Shown: piece by piece, positions 14,781 to 29,490 of the stretch
How the letters are laid out: the number at the start of each line of letters is the position of its first letter
Numbering within the stretch: position 1 is the first letter of the stretch
The notes under the pieces: model-generated
The model's database searches: none
What the model was told of the DNA's origin: nothing
Seen by the model: only the letters and a program-made list of their open reading frames with translations
From: Chrysomallon squamiferum
Taxonomy: Eukaryota > Animalia > Mollusca
DNA length: 64,000 bases
Reading direction: 5' to 3'
NCBI GenBank assembly: GCA_012295275.1
Contig: CM022667.1
Coordinates: forward strand, 10,850,001 to 10,914,000
Translations under genes and position numbers: made by a program

Positions 14781-16933
14781 GATAACAGTCATTTTGTTGA
14801 TGCTAATTTCTGACTAACAAGCAGATCACAGTTTGGATTATATAATCTATCATATATTTTTTAGTCTTCTTTCAATGTCTCTATTATTACATGGTTTGGT
14901 AAACACTTGTATATACTGTGTATAACTGCTGTGAACAGCATTTTTGTGAAGTGCAAATCAATGGCCACTGGATCAATCCTTTTCACTGTGAACTATTAGG
15001 TGATTTTCCCATTCCAAACACTAACCATTTACCAGCACTTAAAAAAATCCATGTCTTTGTCCTTTCCAAAAATATGTTCAGTTTATTTATAAAGCAGTGT
15101 ATCAATGCTTTTAATGGAAGAAAATTATAGATAATTGGGGTAAATTTTTTAAATTATATGATACCCAGTAACTAACAACAGAAAATGTTATTGTCAGTAT
15201 TTGTTGACTGGCAATAGACAATTAGAGAAAGTTAATCAATATAAATTGGCAGAAAAATTAATTTGTAGTTTGTGGCTATGACCCTGAACCAAACTAAATG
15301 GATATTTTTTTACAAATTATTAATTAATTAATTAATTAATTTAATTACTATTATTATTATTACTGATTTTTAAATTTTTTTTTTTTTTTTTTTTTAAACT
15401 ATGAATACCTTTTCTATACTTTAACCAGTTTTTATTTTTGATTTATTTTTATTATTATTTTTAAAATTATTATTATTATTATTTTTAACTTAGCTTTTAA
15501 ATTATTATATTAATTTTGAAATTGCATATTTATTAAATCTAAGAAAAAAAAAAATGTTTTAAAGATTGGTATTCAAAAACTAAAGATTTTCCACACATTT
15601 AAGGGGTAAGGATTTTTCACTGAGGGGCAGGGGATAAGATCAAAATAAACTGAACACACCCAACTTCGCTATCAACAGTGAAAAAAAAATCACATTGTCA
15701 CAAAAAAGTCATTAAACCCAAATGCTTGATGCATTTTGGGGTGGAGGGGTGACTGAGAAGGGTGGGGATGATATTGATTAATGAGAGAGATGTGGTAAGC
15801 TTATGAAAATAAACAAGTATCATTTTAAATCACATTCATTGTATATGCATACAAGACCTTCCTCACGAAAAATAAAAATGAAAAAAGGATTAGTTTAGTG
15901 AAATTCGAATCTCCAAGTTCAGCATTTTATTTTGTTTTTATTACCGCAATTTTACATATATATTGAAAAAAGAAATTAAAAAAGGAGAAAAACAGAAGAG
16001 AAAAAAGAAATATTTGTTTTTATTAAAAAAATAAAAATGTGAAAGAAAATGATTGGGTCCTTGGAATAATAAAAATAAAAGTTCAAAAAAAAAAGAGAAA
16101 ACACCAAAAAGAAAGTGATTCTCTGTGATTTTTATTTGTTGAAAGGGTGAAGAATTGTTACTATATATTTTTTAATTTGATTTCTTTTTTGTTAATTTTT
16201 TTTTCTTCTTGAAAACACCATTTCTTTTTCAGAAGAAGAAAGATTAAAAAAAGAAAGATAAGAAAAGATAATATTAAAAGAAATGAAATTCTTTTCTTTA
16301 CTTTTTTAGCCAGTGAAGTAGCAACTTTAAACAGAATTTTAATTTCAATTTATTTATTTAGATCTGAAACATTGATAAAAAATAAATAAATAAAAAAATA
16401 ATTTTGAAATGAAAGTAATATGAATACATATTAAAATAAATAAAAGATAAATAAAAGCTGAAAAGTTAAATAAATAAATAAAAAATGTATATTGAAAAGT
16501 TAATAAAATGTAAATAAATAAACAACATTTAAAAAAAAAAGATTCTTGTGAATTAAATCCAACATTACTTTTTTTGTTCCATTTTTTCTACAAGACTGTG
16601 ATTATACAAATATCAGCTTGAGTAATTTACAAAAGATAAAAATGTATTTGTAAAGTTATGAGAGAGGGAGAGGGAGAGGGAGAGGGAGAGGGGAGGGAGG
16701 TAGGGAGGGAGGGAGAGAGAGAGAGAGAAGAATTAATGAAACAAAGTCACTGATTAGTCACATAGGATAACAGATGAAGAATTAAAACAGAAACATAATC
16801 AGCAGTAGAGAGACAGACAATATCGAGACAGAGAAGGAAGGAGAAATGGAAGCAAAAAGGAGGGAGGAGAGAGAAAGAGAGAATTAGAGATAGGGAGACA
16901 GAAAAAGCAATATGAAAATATAAGCAAAGAAAT

Positions 16934-17086
<153 letters not shown>

Positions 17087-19543
17087 GAAATGAAGAATGA
17101 GGACTGAAATAAACCAGTCAAATATTCAAGTGAAGATTTATCTCTTTGTGTGTTTTTTTTTTTTTACTCTGTCACTGTTATATTCTCACCAGTCAAAGCA
17201 GACCTGTGTGTGTGTGTGGGGCAAGAACGGAAAATATGAAATTTGACACACTTTCTCAATAAAGAGTTTGAATAATATGAAATTGATATGATTACTAGAT
17301 CCATCTGCAGATGTTTGTGCAAAGAAAAAATTGAAAAGAAAAGATTTTTAGAAAGTGTGAAAGTAGCAACCGCCATTGAAACTGAAACATATTGTGTACC
17401 CTGGTCTCGATGATTTTTCAATTTCAAATTTTTTTACTTTTTTGTTTTTTTTTGTTGTAATTTCATAAAGAAAATTTAAAGAAGAAATAAATAAAGAAAA
17501 AAAATTGTTACACACTTTCAAGTACTCTTTACAAAATGAAATAATATTTGCGAAATAAAGAAACAGTGAAAAAAAAAAAAAAAAAAAAAAAGACTGCTGT
17601 ATTAAAATGATGTATTGAGTAATTTTTGAAAGAAAAAAATAAAATATTAATAAAAAAAGAAAGAAAGAAAAAGAACTTTGACCCTTTCCATCTTCAAAAA
17701 ATATAATTTAAAAAGATATGAAAAGAGAATGAAAAAGTGCACTGATTTGAAGTTAGCAAAAAAAAAAAAATATATATATTTATAAAAAATATAATTTAAA
17801 GTTATCCATATTTACTAATCTATTTTAACATCAGTTTTTGTGTTACAGAAAATTGGATGAAATATAACCTTTTTTTTTTTTTTAATTCTCCATAGTTTAT
17901 ATCTGAATGGTTTATGCAGATATATACTCATTATGCTGAAAAAAATAAAACAAAACAACTGAAAAAAAACTAAAAATAAAGAAAGAAAGAAAGAAAAAAC
18001 ATAGAAATAATTAAAAAAAGCAAAGACTTTGAAAGAAGAAAAAGAAATTAGAATGACCATAAATGCAACAACAAAAATAAAATAAAACAAATGTTATAAC
18101 ATCAAATAAAGTAAATTAAAGTAAATAAAATTAAAATAAAATAAAATTTAAATATATACAAGAAAAAAATAAAAAAAAATATATAAAATGTTAAAAAATA
18201 GAAAGACCTAATAAAAAAAAAATTAAAATGCTTCACTATTTGCAAATATAAAATCTAAATAACCCTCACTTGTCAATGGAAATTTTGAACATTTTTAATA
18301 ACAGGAATTTTAAAAATACAGAGTAATGGATTCAAAATGAACAAAAAAAAAAAAAAAAATAACAAAAAAATAAAACAAATAAAAATAAAATAAAATAAAT
18401 TAAAAATTAAGACAGCCAGTCCTTCTGCTTCAGTCCCAGACATTAAAAGTTAAGAACAGATTTTTTTTTTTCTTCTGGTTAATCTTTTTTTCTTTTCTAA
18501 TCTTTGTAAATTATTTTTATTTTCTTTCGCTTATTAAATATTAATCTTGAGGGAGGTGTGTTGTTCTTTGTGTTGCACTCTCTTACTTAGAAACACATTA
18601 AATATTTATTTGTGTTGTGTCTGCTTAGACAAGTGCTTCCATTGAGCAGATTTCCTGAATGACACTGACACATGTTCTTTCTAAATGGCTGGGTGGGTCC
18701 AGCTGTATGGGTGCAGGGAAGCATGGATAGATGCATGGATGGAAAGTTAAATTCCACAAATGATCGTTTCTTGAATGATCTTTTGTATGAAAGACGTTCA
18801 GCATGTGCATGTTGGCAGTATTAATGAATACTTTTGGATGGAAAGAAAATATATATTTTTTTCATTTTTTTTTTTTTTCTTCAAATAGTTTATTAAAAAT
18901 ATATTTAGCTTTTGTGAATACTCTTGGTGTGTTCTATGCTTGTAACACAGACACACCAAATACACACACACTACACTACATAAATACATAGATACATACA
19001 TGTAAACAGCAAACACACACACACACACACAAACACACATACCAACACCACACACAGATACACACATTTATAATATTAAAAACCAGGAATATATATTTAA
19101 TACCAAAACGTAACATTTATTATTAGATATAATAACATTAATGACAAAAACGTCACATTTTCTTTATAATTTTTTTTTTTTTTTTTTAAAACACTAGTTA
19201 AACTCAGACCTTTTGTCTGCCAGACTGTCTCACCCACCACACTGACGTGGGTCTTCGTATAATTTTTCTGCCACACAGTTACAATCATTTCCAGATATTA
19301 AACTATGATTCAAACAACACTGTACTTACTGTCAGTTAAACAACACCATTCTGAACATAAGCCAGTTTTTATTAACACGAGAAATGGTTGCTTCGTTGCC
19401 TCAATTTGGGCTGTTTGCGTTTTAATTTTTCGTATTTATTTTTTTTATTATTTTATTTTTTTGGGGGTTATTATTATTTTATTTTTTTCTTCTGTCTCTT
19501 CCTGACTATATAAAAATACGGCAATTCGTCATAAGCGGTTTGT

Positions 19544-19557
19544 GTTGCCGTGGTAAC
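19544..19557. promoter_or_regulatory. RFX X-box GTTGCCGTGGTAAC
   Basis: Matches GTNRCC-N2-RGYAAC. Confidence 0.45.
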
Positions 19558-20421
19558 AAATAGCATGTCTGCAGAGGAGCTGTCATTTTTATGACAAATA
19601 AAAAGTGAAAAAAAAGAAGAAAAAATTGGAGAGATGTCTGAAAATTGTGGTTATTTCTTGTAATTGAGACAACAGAGATTAGGATTTTGATATATATTAT
19701 TTTTTTTTGAATTTGTTTTTTTTAACCATTCTTTTTTAAAAAGAAAAAAGAAAAAATCATTTATTATAAATAATTTTGTTTGTTTAGAGTTTTTAATGTC
19801 TGCTGTTAGAATCATTACCAGAAATGGGGGGGGTGATTGAATAGGGGGGAGAGTGAGTGATGGAGGGAGAATGATGGAAGAAGGGACAATAAATTAAAGA
19901 AGGATGTAGTAAAGATGTCTGAAATTAATAACACGAAGAACAGAATAGTTATATGAGTAAAAATAATTCTCTTTAGTTTTAATATTAAAAAAACAAAAAA
20001 AATTCCTGTTCCAAATATGCTCCATATAATGTATAAATTTTATGTCTCATTTAGATTTAAAATTTCAAGAATACTTGTTAAAAAACTAATCAAATACTGT
20101 TTGTAATTATAAAGAGATTAAAAATTATAACTTTATCTTTTAAGTTCACATGTGATGGACTAAAAGATCAAATCTCCAAGATTAAAAATAAATAATAATA
20201 ATAATAATATTTTTTAATGTTACTGATAAAATTTAATAATTTTTTTTTATTATTTAATGTCACCAAAATGCATTAAAATGCAATATACTTTAAAAAAATT
20301 GTAAAAAGTTAGATTTTTAAAATGTTTGAAAATGAAACATATTAAATATGTTTTTCTTTGAAATTATAAATAGTTTATAAAATATATATTTATTTTCCTT
20401 TTTTTCTTTTCTTTTCTGCAG

Positions 20422-21402
20422 GGACTCCACTCACTGACGATGTTGATGACTCCATTGCCAAGGACGATGTGCACGTTTGTGAAAAATGCTGTGCAGAATT
20501 CCTGGACCCCGATGAATTTTTAGCTCATCAAAAACTGTGCATGGAAAAACAAATAGTGGTCATGTTCGACGAAAATGAGGCACCCAGGGACAGCAACAAC
20601 TGCGACAACATCGACGAGAAGTCACCGCAGACTGCATATGATGAGGAAGATGACATGTCCGATGGGGAGAGCAACATCAACATCAACGATGAGATCGCGA
20701 ACAACGCGATAGCTGAAATGGATGTCTCGGAGGATGAATATGGCGAAATGAACGGGGTCAAGGTCGACGACCTTTCCAACGATGAAGATGACTTCGATGA
20801 CGAGAAGAAAGAGGACTCGGAAATGATGGACCAGCAGAAGCTGGAGCTGATGTCGCAGTTCCCGCATCTTTTCCCGTTCCTGCCCAACAACAACAATGTG
20901 ACAATCGAGCCGTTGCCCGCGACAAAGGCTGCCGTTGCGCAGTTCGCCGAGAACAACATGATGCCGCAGGACGTTGCCGTGATGACCGCAACGTTGTACA
21001 ATCTCCAGCAGCAGCAGCTGGTGCAGTTGCAGCTCATACAGCAGCTGCAGCATCAGCTCATGAGTGGCATAACTCCGCCAACAGTTTCGTCGATGGCTGC
21101 CGCAATGTTGAATCCACCGCACGGCCTCCCGACATCGGCCACCCCACCCACACCCAAAGCCGACACACCCGAACACGTTGCCAAATGTGGCGAAGATTCG
21201 TCGACACCTTCGTTGCAGAAGGACCACTGCAACAGCACTGACAATGTTGCCAACAGCGGCACTCCACCCGCTGTGTCAACACCATTACCGCCATCAGCCA
21301 CAGCATCATCAGCAAGCAAGCTCCCAAAGGAGACTGCACTTCCAGCATCGTCTATTCTACCTCCTACTCCTAATTCTCCTGAATTTAGACATCGCGGAAC
21401 AA
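20422..21402 (+). CDS. sall: Spalt/Sal-like gene, internal coding exon A (C2HC zinc finger, acidic region, conserved VTIEPLPATKAAVAQF motif, glutamine-rich multimerisation region)
   Basis: Acceptor ttttctttcttttctgcAG ends at 20421 and donor GTAAGT starts at 21403. The exon is 981 bp, phase 1-1. It translates (G)TPLTDDVDDSIAKDDVHVCEKCCAEFLDPDEFLAHQKLC...VTIEPLPATKAAVAQFAEN...LYNLQQQQLVQLQLIQQLQHQL...PEFRHRGT. HVCEKCCAEF, the KxAVAQF motif and the Q-rich helix are hallmark SALL N-terminal elements. The ORF-track tail after 21402 is intron read-through. Confidence 0.95.
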
Positions 21403-21494
21403 GTAAGTGTTGTTTTTTTAAAAATATTTTTACATTAATTACAATTTTATTCATATTTTTAGTGTTTTTATTTGTTTTTAATCTTAGTCTAGTG

Positions 21495-21557
<63 letters not shown>

Positions 21558-21681
21558 CAAATATTGATGTTTTACAGGCAGTCAGAAGACAAAGTAAGTG
21601 ATTCATTTCAGTGTATTATTTTATTTTAAATTTAATTAAAGAACTGAACATTTAGGTGGAAATTAACACAGAGAACAAAGA

Positions 21682-21695
21682 GTTGCCATGGAAAC
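21682..21695. promoter_or_regulatory. RFX X-box GTTGCCATGGAAAC
   Basis: Near-perfect match to the palindromic X-box GTTNCCATGGNAAC, immediately after a Sox-like AACAAAG. Confidence 0.45.
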
Positions 21696-22354
21696 CAAAC
21701 CGATGTATCATTTTTAAAATTTAAGAAACCAAGTTAAACAATTTTTTTTTATTATTATTATTTCATTTTGTTTTATATATCCGAGAGAATGAAAATGTAA
21801 ACATTAATTAAGAATATATTTAGAGTGAAAAGTTTTATTAATATATTTTGATCAAATGAAACAAAATATATTTTAATATACAAGTAAATAAACCTAATAA
21901 TAATAATAAAAAGAAAGAATGAAAGATATTTTCAAAAAGTATTATTTGTTTTATTAGAAATTAAAAATTACAATTTTAACAGGAAATAAACAAAACAGAC
22001 TATTTAAAAATACAAGTAACACACACACAATCTACAGATACACATAACACATACACAGACACAAAAAAAAAAAAAAAAAAAAAAATATAAAAATATCACA
22101 TGGAGCTGGGACCTAACTGATTTTAAACAATTAATAAACATTAAACTTAAAAAAAAAAAAAAAAAATGCACACGTAAAATCTTTTATTACACAATATTAA
22201 AATATTTTAAACCAGTCATTTAAAAATTTAATTAAAATGTTCAGCTTCTGATTTATTTGTATCAGTGTGTGGTCTGGCACATTTAGAAAGAAGAAGAAGA
22301 AAATTATTTTCCAAAAACCCCCTGACTAAATCACATTAGCAGAAAAAAAAAAAG

Positions 22355-22400
<46 letters not shown>

Positions 22401-23149
22401 ATTGGTGTAACAATATATTTCCTGCTAAGACCAAAATAAACACACAAACAGATAATTGTCTACTTGAGAAAATTAATTTTCAAGTTCTCGTGCAATGAAG
22501 TGAACATTAGTTTGAAGAAAACCAATTTTGTCTAAGATTGTAGAAATGGACCGAAATGAAATAGAAGTTATTTATTTTATAATATTTTATTTTATTTTAT
22601 TGTCTGTTTACTATTATTATTATTATTTTTTAATGTGTTTATTTGTTTATTTATTCATATATTTATGTTCATTTATTTTTATTTTACTTTATTCATTGAT
22701 TTGTAGTTTTTGAAAAAAAAATAATATCAGTTTTTTATTTATTTATTTATTGATTTTTTACAGTTTGTAATATAGGTGCTTTTATTTAAAAATATAATCA
22801 TACAATGATAAAATAAATATTATTATAAAATGACTGTTGATAAAACTTATTGTATAATAAAGGGAAGTGTCTAATATAATAATAATAAAAATAATACTCA
22901 CACCACTTATTCAGCAGAATAATAGCAATCATCCTCCTCCTCGTTATCATCTTCCTGATCATCTTTCCAAACAATAAATTTTCTAAAATTTAATTAAATT
23001 AAATTCAGTAACTTGTTATAATATTTGTTTAGATTTATGACATCAATAATTCTTTTAATTCTTTAATCACACATAACATGACAGTGCACGTCTGCCTGGT
23101 GGTAAATAAATTATGGATTGTATTCTGAAATAGGATTTATTTATTTATT

Positions 23150-23204
<55 letters not shown>

Positions 23205-24951
23205 TTATTATTAATTAATTAATTTTTTAGTTTTGTTTTCTTTTTTTTTTGCTATTATTATAAATAAAAACAATTTTTTTATTGATTATTTTTATTTTTA
23301 TTATATATAATTTTCAGTGATAGTCAGTTTTATTTTATTATTTTATTTATTTTATTTTATTAAATATCCTACATTGTTTTTTTTTTTTTATTTTTTTTTT
23401 TTTTTTTTTGTATAATAATTTATTTTATTATTCCATAAAAATGTATTATTTATTCTTTTTAGATCAAATTTACTCTCTCTAAAATTGCTTTTCTCTATTT
23501 TTGATTTAAGTTAATATTACCTGTTTCTGTTTATTGATTTATTTATTTTATAAGTATCAAGTTGATAATAAAAAGTTCTATATGAGTCATCAATTTCAAA
23601 TTTAACCATTTTGTTTTATTCGATAAGTGTTTGAGGCCATCTGATATCACTGGAATGCAGAAATTTTATATATATACCTTTCAAAAAATACTTTATTTGT
23701 TTATTAAAATATACCATATCTCAAAAAAAAAAGAAAAAAAAAGAGAAAAATATATATATATATATAATAATAACAAAATGCATAATATTATAAAATAAAA
23801 AAATAAGAAATAAAAAATTAGGAATGGTTAACAAAGATTACTAATAGAGAAAAAAAAAAAAAAAAAAAATCTCACATACATTTTTTTTATTGTTAGTTGC
23901 CAAAAGTATACAAATTTATGTCATTGTTTACTCTATCTTTCTGTCAGAATTAGCAGAAAAAATATATTATTTTTTCTTTCTGTATGTGTAAACATTATTT
24001 CTGTATATTATTCATATTAAAAATATAATTACTTACTCAAACATACATTCACATATAAACATGTATATACATATACACATATGTATGCACATATTCACAA
24101 ACATACACACAGATCCACAGACACAAACACAAACAAACACAAAAACACACACATATACTGTTTGTATTATATGACTGAACAAAAATACAAAAATGGATTT
24201 AACCTAATCCTATAATCACCAAAAAATTCCTCAATCTTTCATCTGTCCATCTAAATGACATCCTGCATTCAAATATCACCCCCCTCATCTTATTCAAACT
24301 CCCCACCCTCACTTGACTAATTTTCAAAAGTATACCCCCCTCCCAAACCTCGAACTCATAATCCACGTTTTACAAAAGTTACATTCACATATCGTACAAG
24401 AAAATGTTTGCACTGTGTATTAAAACATTTCTCTCGCATAAGTAACATTTATTCTTTTCCAAATATGGGAATGAAGGGCAACCTGGGAAAATGATGGACT
24501 CTTGTGTGTTTGAGCATCAAACAGCAGCGTTGTGTTGACGTTGTGATTCGTAAAGGACATGACAAACATCGTCAAATTTGTTTGAAGACGAAGAAAAAAG
24601 TTAATCCTGCGTTCTTGACAGCTGATTGACTTTTGGTCATTTTTAAGTTTAGCTCGCTTGGATGTTGGACGTTCTTTGTTTGCCAGAGTGGTCAGAGTTT
24701 TAAGTTGAGATGATCTGGGGAATGGAAAGTGAGGTCTGGTAGATAAATATAAGTCACAGATGGATTTAGATGAAGTCATGTACAAAAAAAAAAAAAAAAA
24801 AAAAAAAAGTGAAAAAAAAAGAAGAAGAAAAGAATGTTTCTTTGTTTGGTTATTATGTTCCGTTGTTATTTTTAAATTCTGTTGGTTGTGCTTTTGACAG
24901 TGTGTTACTGTTTATTATTGAATTCATCATCATCATCATATCATCATTAAC

Positions 24952-24984
<33 letters not shown>

Positions 24985-25387
24985 CATCATCATATTAATT
25001 TCTTATTTTGGTGTTAAAATAAAAAAACAACATTAGGGTATGTAAATGATTAAGAAGTTAAAACACATAAATGAGAGAGAGAGAGAGAGAGAGAGTAATT
25101 AAAACATTTACAGAAAGAAAAAAAAAGAAAAAATGATTTAGTAACATTTACATCCTGTATTAATACACTCCCTTTTATGAATTAGCTGATATTAGACTTG
25201 AACATTGTGTATCATGTTTCTTTTTTAAAAACTAAATCACACACCCACATTCTTGTACTCTTCAGCTTATTAATTCACTGTCACACAGTATATTGTTTTC
25301 TAAATATACATACACATATTCTCCAAATTAGTTCTCATGAATACACACAAAATTTATGAAACTAACACTTAAAATAAAAAATTAAAA

Positions 25388-25417
25388 ATAATAATAATAA
25401 TAATAGTAGTAGTAGTA

Positions 25418-25488
<71 letters not shown>

Positions 25489-25490
25489 TA
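25388..25490. repeat. (AAT)n/(AGT)n microsatellite
   Basis: Direct observation. Further (AAT)n tracts lie at about 13914-13970, 23157-23200, 54938-55000, 57727-57772 and 59217-59265. Confidence 0.95.
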
Positions 25491-26160
25491 ATAAAATGGT
25501 CTTTAAATTAATTAACTATGATAAAAGAAATAGATTTTAACACAGAGTGGATAATTTTTTTTTAATCCTTCAGCCACAAAAAACAACAACAAAAACAGCT
25601 GGTAAGTCCATATTAACCAGTGTCCATTATAAACAAAATGTAAACAAATCCTTACTAAATGGTGTCCATTATTTTGAGGTCATATTAACTGTGTTTCATT
25701 ATATTCAGTTTGCATTACTCAGTTATTGACAAGGTTTATTTTTATTTCTAAGTTTTTTTTAAATCTTAAATTTTTTATATATATATATACACATATAATG
25801 ATATTTATAGCAGATTTCCTTTTTCAAAATAAATATCTTGTGTGTCGTCATTATTTATCTGTCTGTCTGTCTGTTTATTCAAAAGCGTAACTTATGTATA
25901 AACGAGTGATTCACACTGGAGAAATTTACAAATATATTGTTTCCAAGGGATGGGCAAAATGTCGTACATCTTTGCGACTTGAAATGACACCATCAGCATT
26001 TGAAATGTAGCATTTTTGCCTAAATGTCATTACTGCTATTTATATTTGTTTAAGGTGGTTCTCCGAATATACAGAGATGAAATGATATCACGACAGTATA
26101 CCATGTTTGTACATAATATAAACATGGGATTGGTGTAAACTGTGTGTAATATGTATGAGA

Positions 26161-26350
26161 TATGTTATACCTCGATGTACAGTTCAGTATGAATGTACAG
26201 TATGTTATACCTCGATGTACAGTTCAGTATGAATGTACAGTATGTTATACCTCGATGTACAGTTCAGTATGAATGTACAGTATGTTATACCTCGATGTAC
26301 AGTTCATTATGAATGTACAGTATGTTATACCTCGATGTACAGTTCAGTAT
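26161..26350. repeat. 40-bp minisatellite, 4.75 near-identical copies (TATGTTATACCTCGATGTACAGTTCAGTATGAATGTACAG)
   Basis: Units start at 26161, 26201, 26241, 26281 (one substitution) and 26321 (partial). Confidence 0.97.
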
Positions 26351-26604
26351 AAATATATAAGATAGGTTATATCTTGAAGTATGTATAGTAAGAATGTTAG
26401 ATATATATTTCAGTTACCTGGTTATGGTGGTGACCTATTTCAAGAAAAAATTTGAATATGTTTATTTTCTTTTTAAAACTTTTGTACTGTCCATTTCTCT
26501 CTCTTTCTCTTTACTCATTTATAATAACTTTACGGTTTTAATGAAGTGATATATTTAACTTTTGAAAATAGATACATGCAGAGACACATATGTATACACT
26601 TATA

Positions 26605-26645
<41 letters not shown>

Positions 26646-27055
26646 TCAGACAGACAGACAGACAGACAAATGTAAAAATCCTCACAAACACTTCTTAATA
26701 AACTACTAGACATGCAAATCTCAAAGTTTTAGGATGAAAGATGACAAGCGTAAAAAGTCAAAGCAATGATTGTTGTTGGGTTTTTTTCTCTTTCTTTCTT
26801 TCTCCCTTTTTATGTTCCAACATCAAAAGCCTCTGTGCAAACATGTTTTACCAGCAAAACTCTTTATGATAAAATATCATTTTTACAACAAGAGATACAA
26901 CCTTCGCATACTGGTCATTTAGATAACTCGAGCAAAAAGCAGGTTTTCATTCCTGCCTCAACATTTTCTTCTTTCATTTTTCATTTTCTTTTTCGCTTTG
27001 TAGTATTCTTTTTTTTTTTTTTTTTTTTTAAAAATAAAATAAAATGTTTATGTTG

Positions 27056-27097
<42 letters not shown>

Positions 27098-27533
27098 GTT
27101 CCATTCTTAAATCTATCTGGTTGATGAATTGACAGAGGTAAAGAACTGGGAGTTGATTGAAAAGTTTTACTATGGACCACATCAAACAGAGGGGCTGTTC
27201 TCGTACCGTTTTCGAAATGAAAAATGTCTGTGCATTAATAACAGGTGTATGTCAGTTTGTGTCACTGACGGAATTATTTTCAGATCTCACCGTTGTTAGG
27301 GTGAGGGTGTGTTGACCTCTCTGTCTGAGGTCATGTGTAGGTATGTACACACAGATACACAAACAGATGTAATATATTAGCGTGCTTTTGCATACACACA
27401 CAGAGAGACAAACACACACACACACAAGAAAAACATGCATATATGAAAAACAAAAGAAGTGAATTAATGTGTTAAAGATACAAATATACATAAAAAATAT
27501 ATAAATTTGTACATACATACATACACACAAACA

Positions 27534-27614
<81 letters not shown>

Positions 27615-27649
27615 TATATATATGCATAGACACATCTGACATACTCACA

Positions 27650-27687
<38 letters not shown>

Positions 27688-28352
27688 GACAGAAACACAC
27701 ACTTATACACATAAATACAGATCAACATATCATTTAAAACAATAAATAATATTCAAACACATCCTCACATAAACTCACAATAATTTATCAGGAACAATTT
27801 TTTTTTTTTTTTTGTTGTTGTTATCAGACAGCAGTATTTCTCAGAAAAAATTGACTCTTCGCTATATAAGAAGTACGCACAGTTTTAAAAAGTTATAAAT
27901 TTATATCTTTAACCCGCTGGCCAGGAAGAAAGATACATTATCATTATCTATCGCCTCCTCGGCGAATGATAAATTAATTTCTGTTTATTATCAAAAGCCT
28001 CCAATCACCGAGGATTTTCACACCACAATCTCCCTTTTCACGGGATTCATTTCATCGCTCAATGGCAGTCAATAATCATACACAATGTCTGATGTATGAG
28101 CAGTCGAATTCCATTGTATCCGGGATACGAGGGGTCAGTTTTGAAATCGACAACATTTATGATGTACGTTTCGCTTGCAACCGTTTCCGCTCTCGTTCTA
28201 TCCATCATCTCATCGGTACGGGGAGGTGGGGGGGGTCGGTCATACATCACCCCCCCACCACCCCTCCATCCTCCTCCAAAATCAAACCGACTTTTCTCTT
28301 CTCATTTCTAAGTCAATGGTTAACACAAAAGAAGAAAAACCCTCAGTGAAAA

Positions 28353-28372
28353 AGGTCAGAGGTCAGAGGTCA
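28353..28372 (+). promoter_or_regulatory. Triple nuclear-receptor half-site AGGTCAgAGGTCAgAGGTCA (overlapping DR1 elements)
   Basis: Three perfect AGGTCA half-sites with 1-nt spacers, plus a second DR1-like GGGTCGgAGGTCA at 28540-28552. Confidence 0.45.
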
Positions 28373-29007
28373 TTTAATAGAGATTTTTTTTCTGACACAC
28401 ATATTATAAAATCACACACACACACACACACACTTACGAAGATAAGTTGTAAATCTTTTTTTTTTTTTTTTTCAAAAATTTGTACCCACTTGACGTCGAA
28501 AAATATTATAATTGATGGCGGAATCTAAATGGAAATTTGGGGTCGGAGGTCAAAGGAAAATAATTGCCCAGTGGGTCAGGGGGGTGGATAAATCAACGGC
28601 GACCTTTATTCACGATCACGGGTCGGCAACTTGAGGACGAGCTGGGTTTTCGAGTTGTTTGTTTCAGGTGCTCTGTGAAACGCAATCCGTCTTGTTCATA
28701 ATTGGGGTTCATGGTTGAATAAGGAAAAATATACATGTCTTATTTTACATTTATTTTTTATTTATTGCTGTCGGTTATTCATGATTTACAGTTCCTAATG
28801 CTTGCAAGCAGGATGGGTGTCAGGTGTGTGTGTGTGTGGGGGGGTGTGAGACAATGAATGTGGGGTGAGACGCTTGTTTAGTTTGTTACGATTAATAAGC
28901 AGAAAAAGTAAGGATGGACGGCCTCTCTTGTCTTTGTTGTGTGTGCATATGTGTATGTGTGTTTGTATGTGTGTCTGTATCCATCTATATCCATCTATAT
29001 CTATATA

Positions 29008-29052
<45 letters not shown>

Positions 29053-29457
29053 GGGTGCATGTGAGTGTATATATATAAATAGACAAACAGATACACATAC
29101 AGAGAAAGACACACACACATATATATATATAGACAGATACACATACACACACATACAGAGAAAGACACACACACATATATATATAGACAGATAGATAGAT
29201 AGATGTATGTATACATACACACTCTTATAACATACATACACAAACACACACAGATTCACAAGTATACAGATATAAATATTAACCATGTCAAAAAAAAAAA
29301 AAAGTAGAAGAAAGAAAAAATAGCCCAGTTTCTTAAACTAAAGATATTTTTACCCATCGTTATCTTCTTCATCATCACCTGAACTCATATCAAAACAAAA
29401 TATACATTTCTTCACAAATACCAATTAATGTCATTTTCAACATTTTCTTCTTCTTCT

Positions 29458-29490
<33 letters not shown>

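Noticed and set aside
19507-19516. TATATAAAAA as the promoter for exon A
   Set aside because: Such words are common in AT-rich DNA. Exon A has a strong acceptor, and the nearby ATG (about 19565) hits a stop within 10 codons.
20528-21550. Long antisense and alternate-frame ORFs over exon A
   Set aside because: They are shadows of a GC-rich coding exon and have no recognisable motifs.
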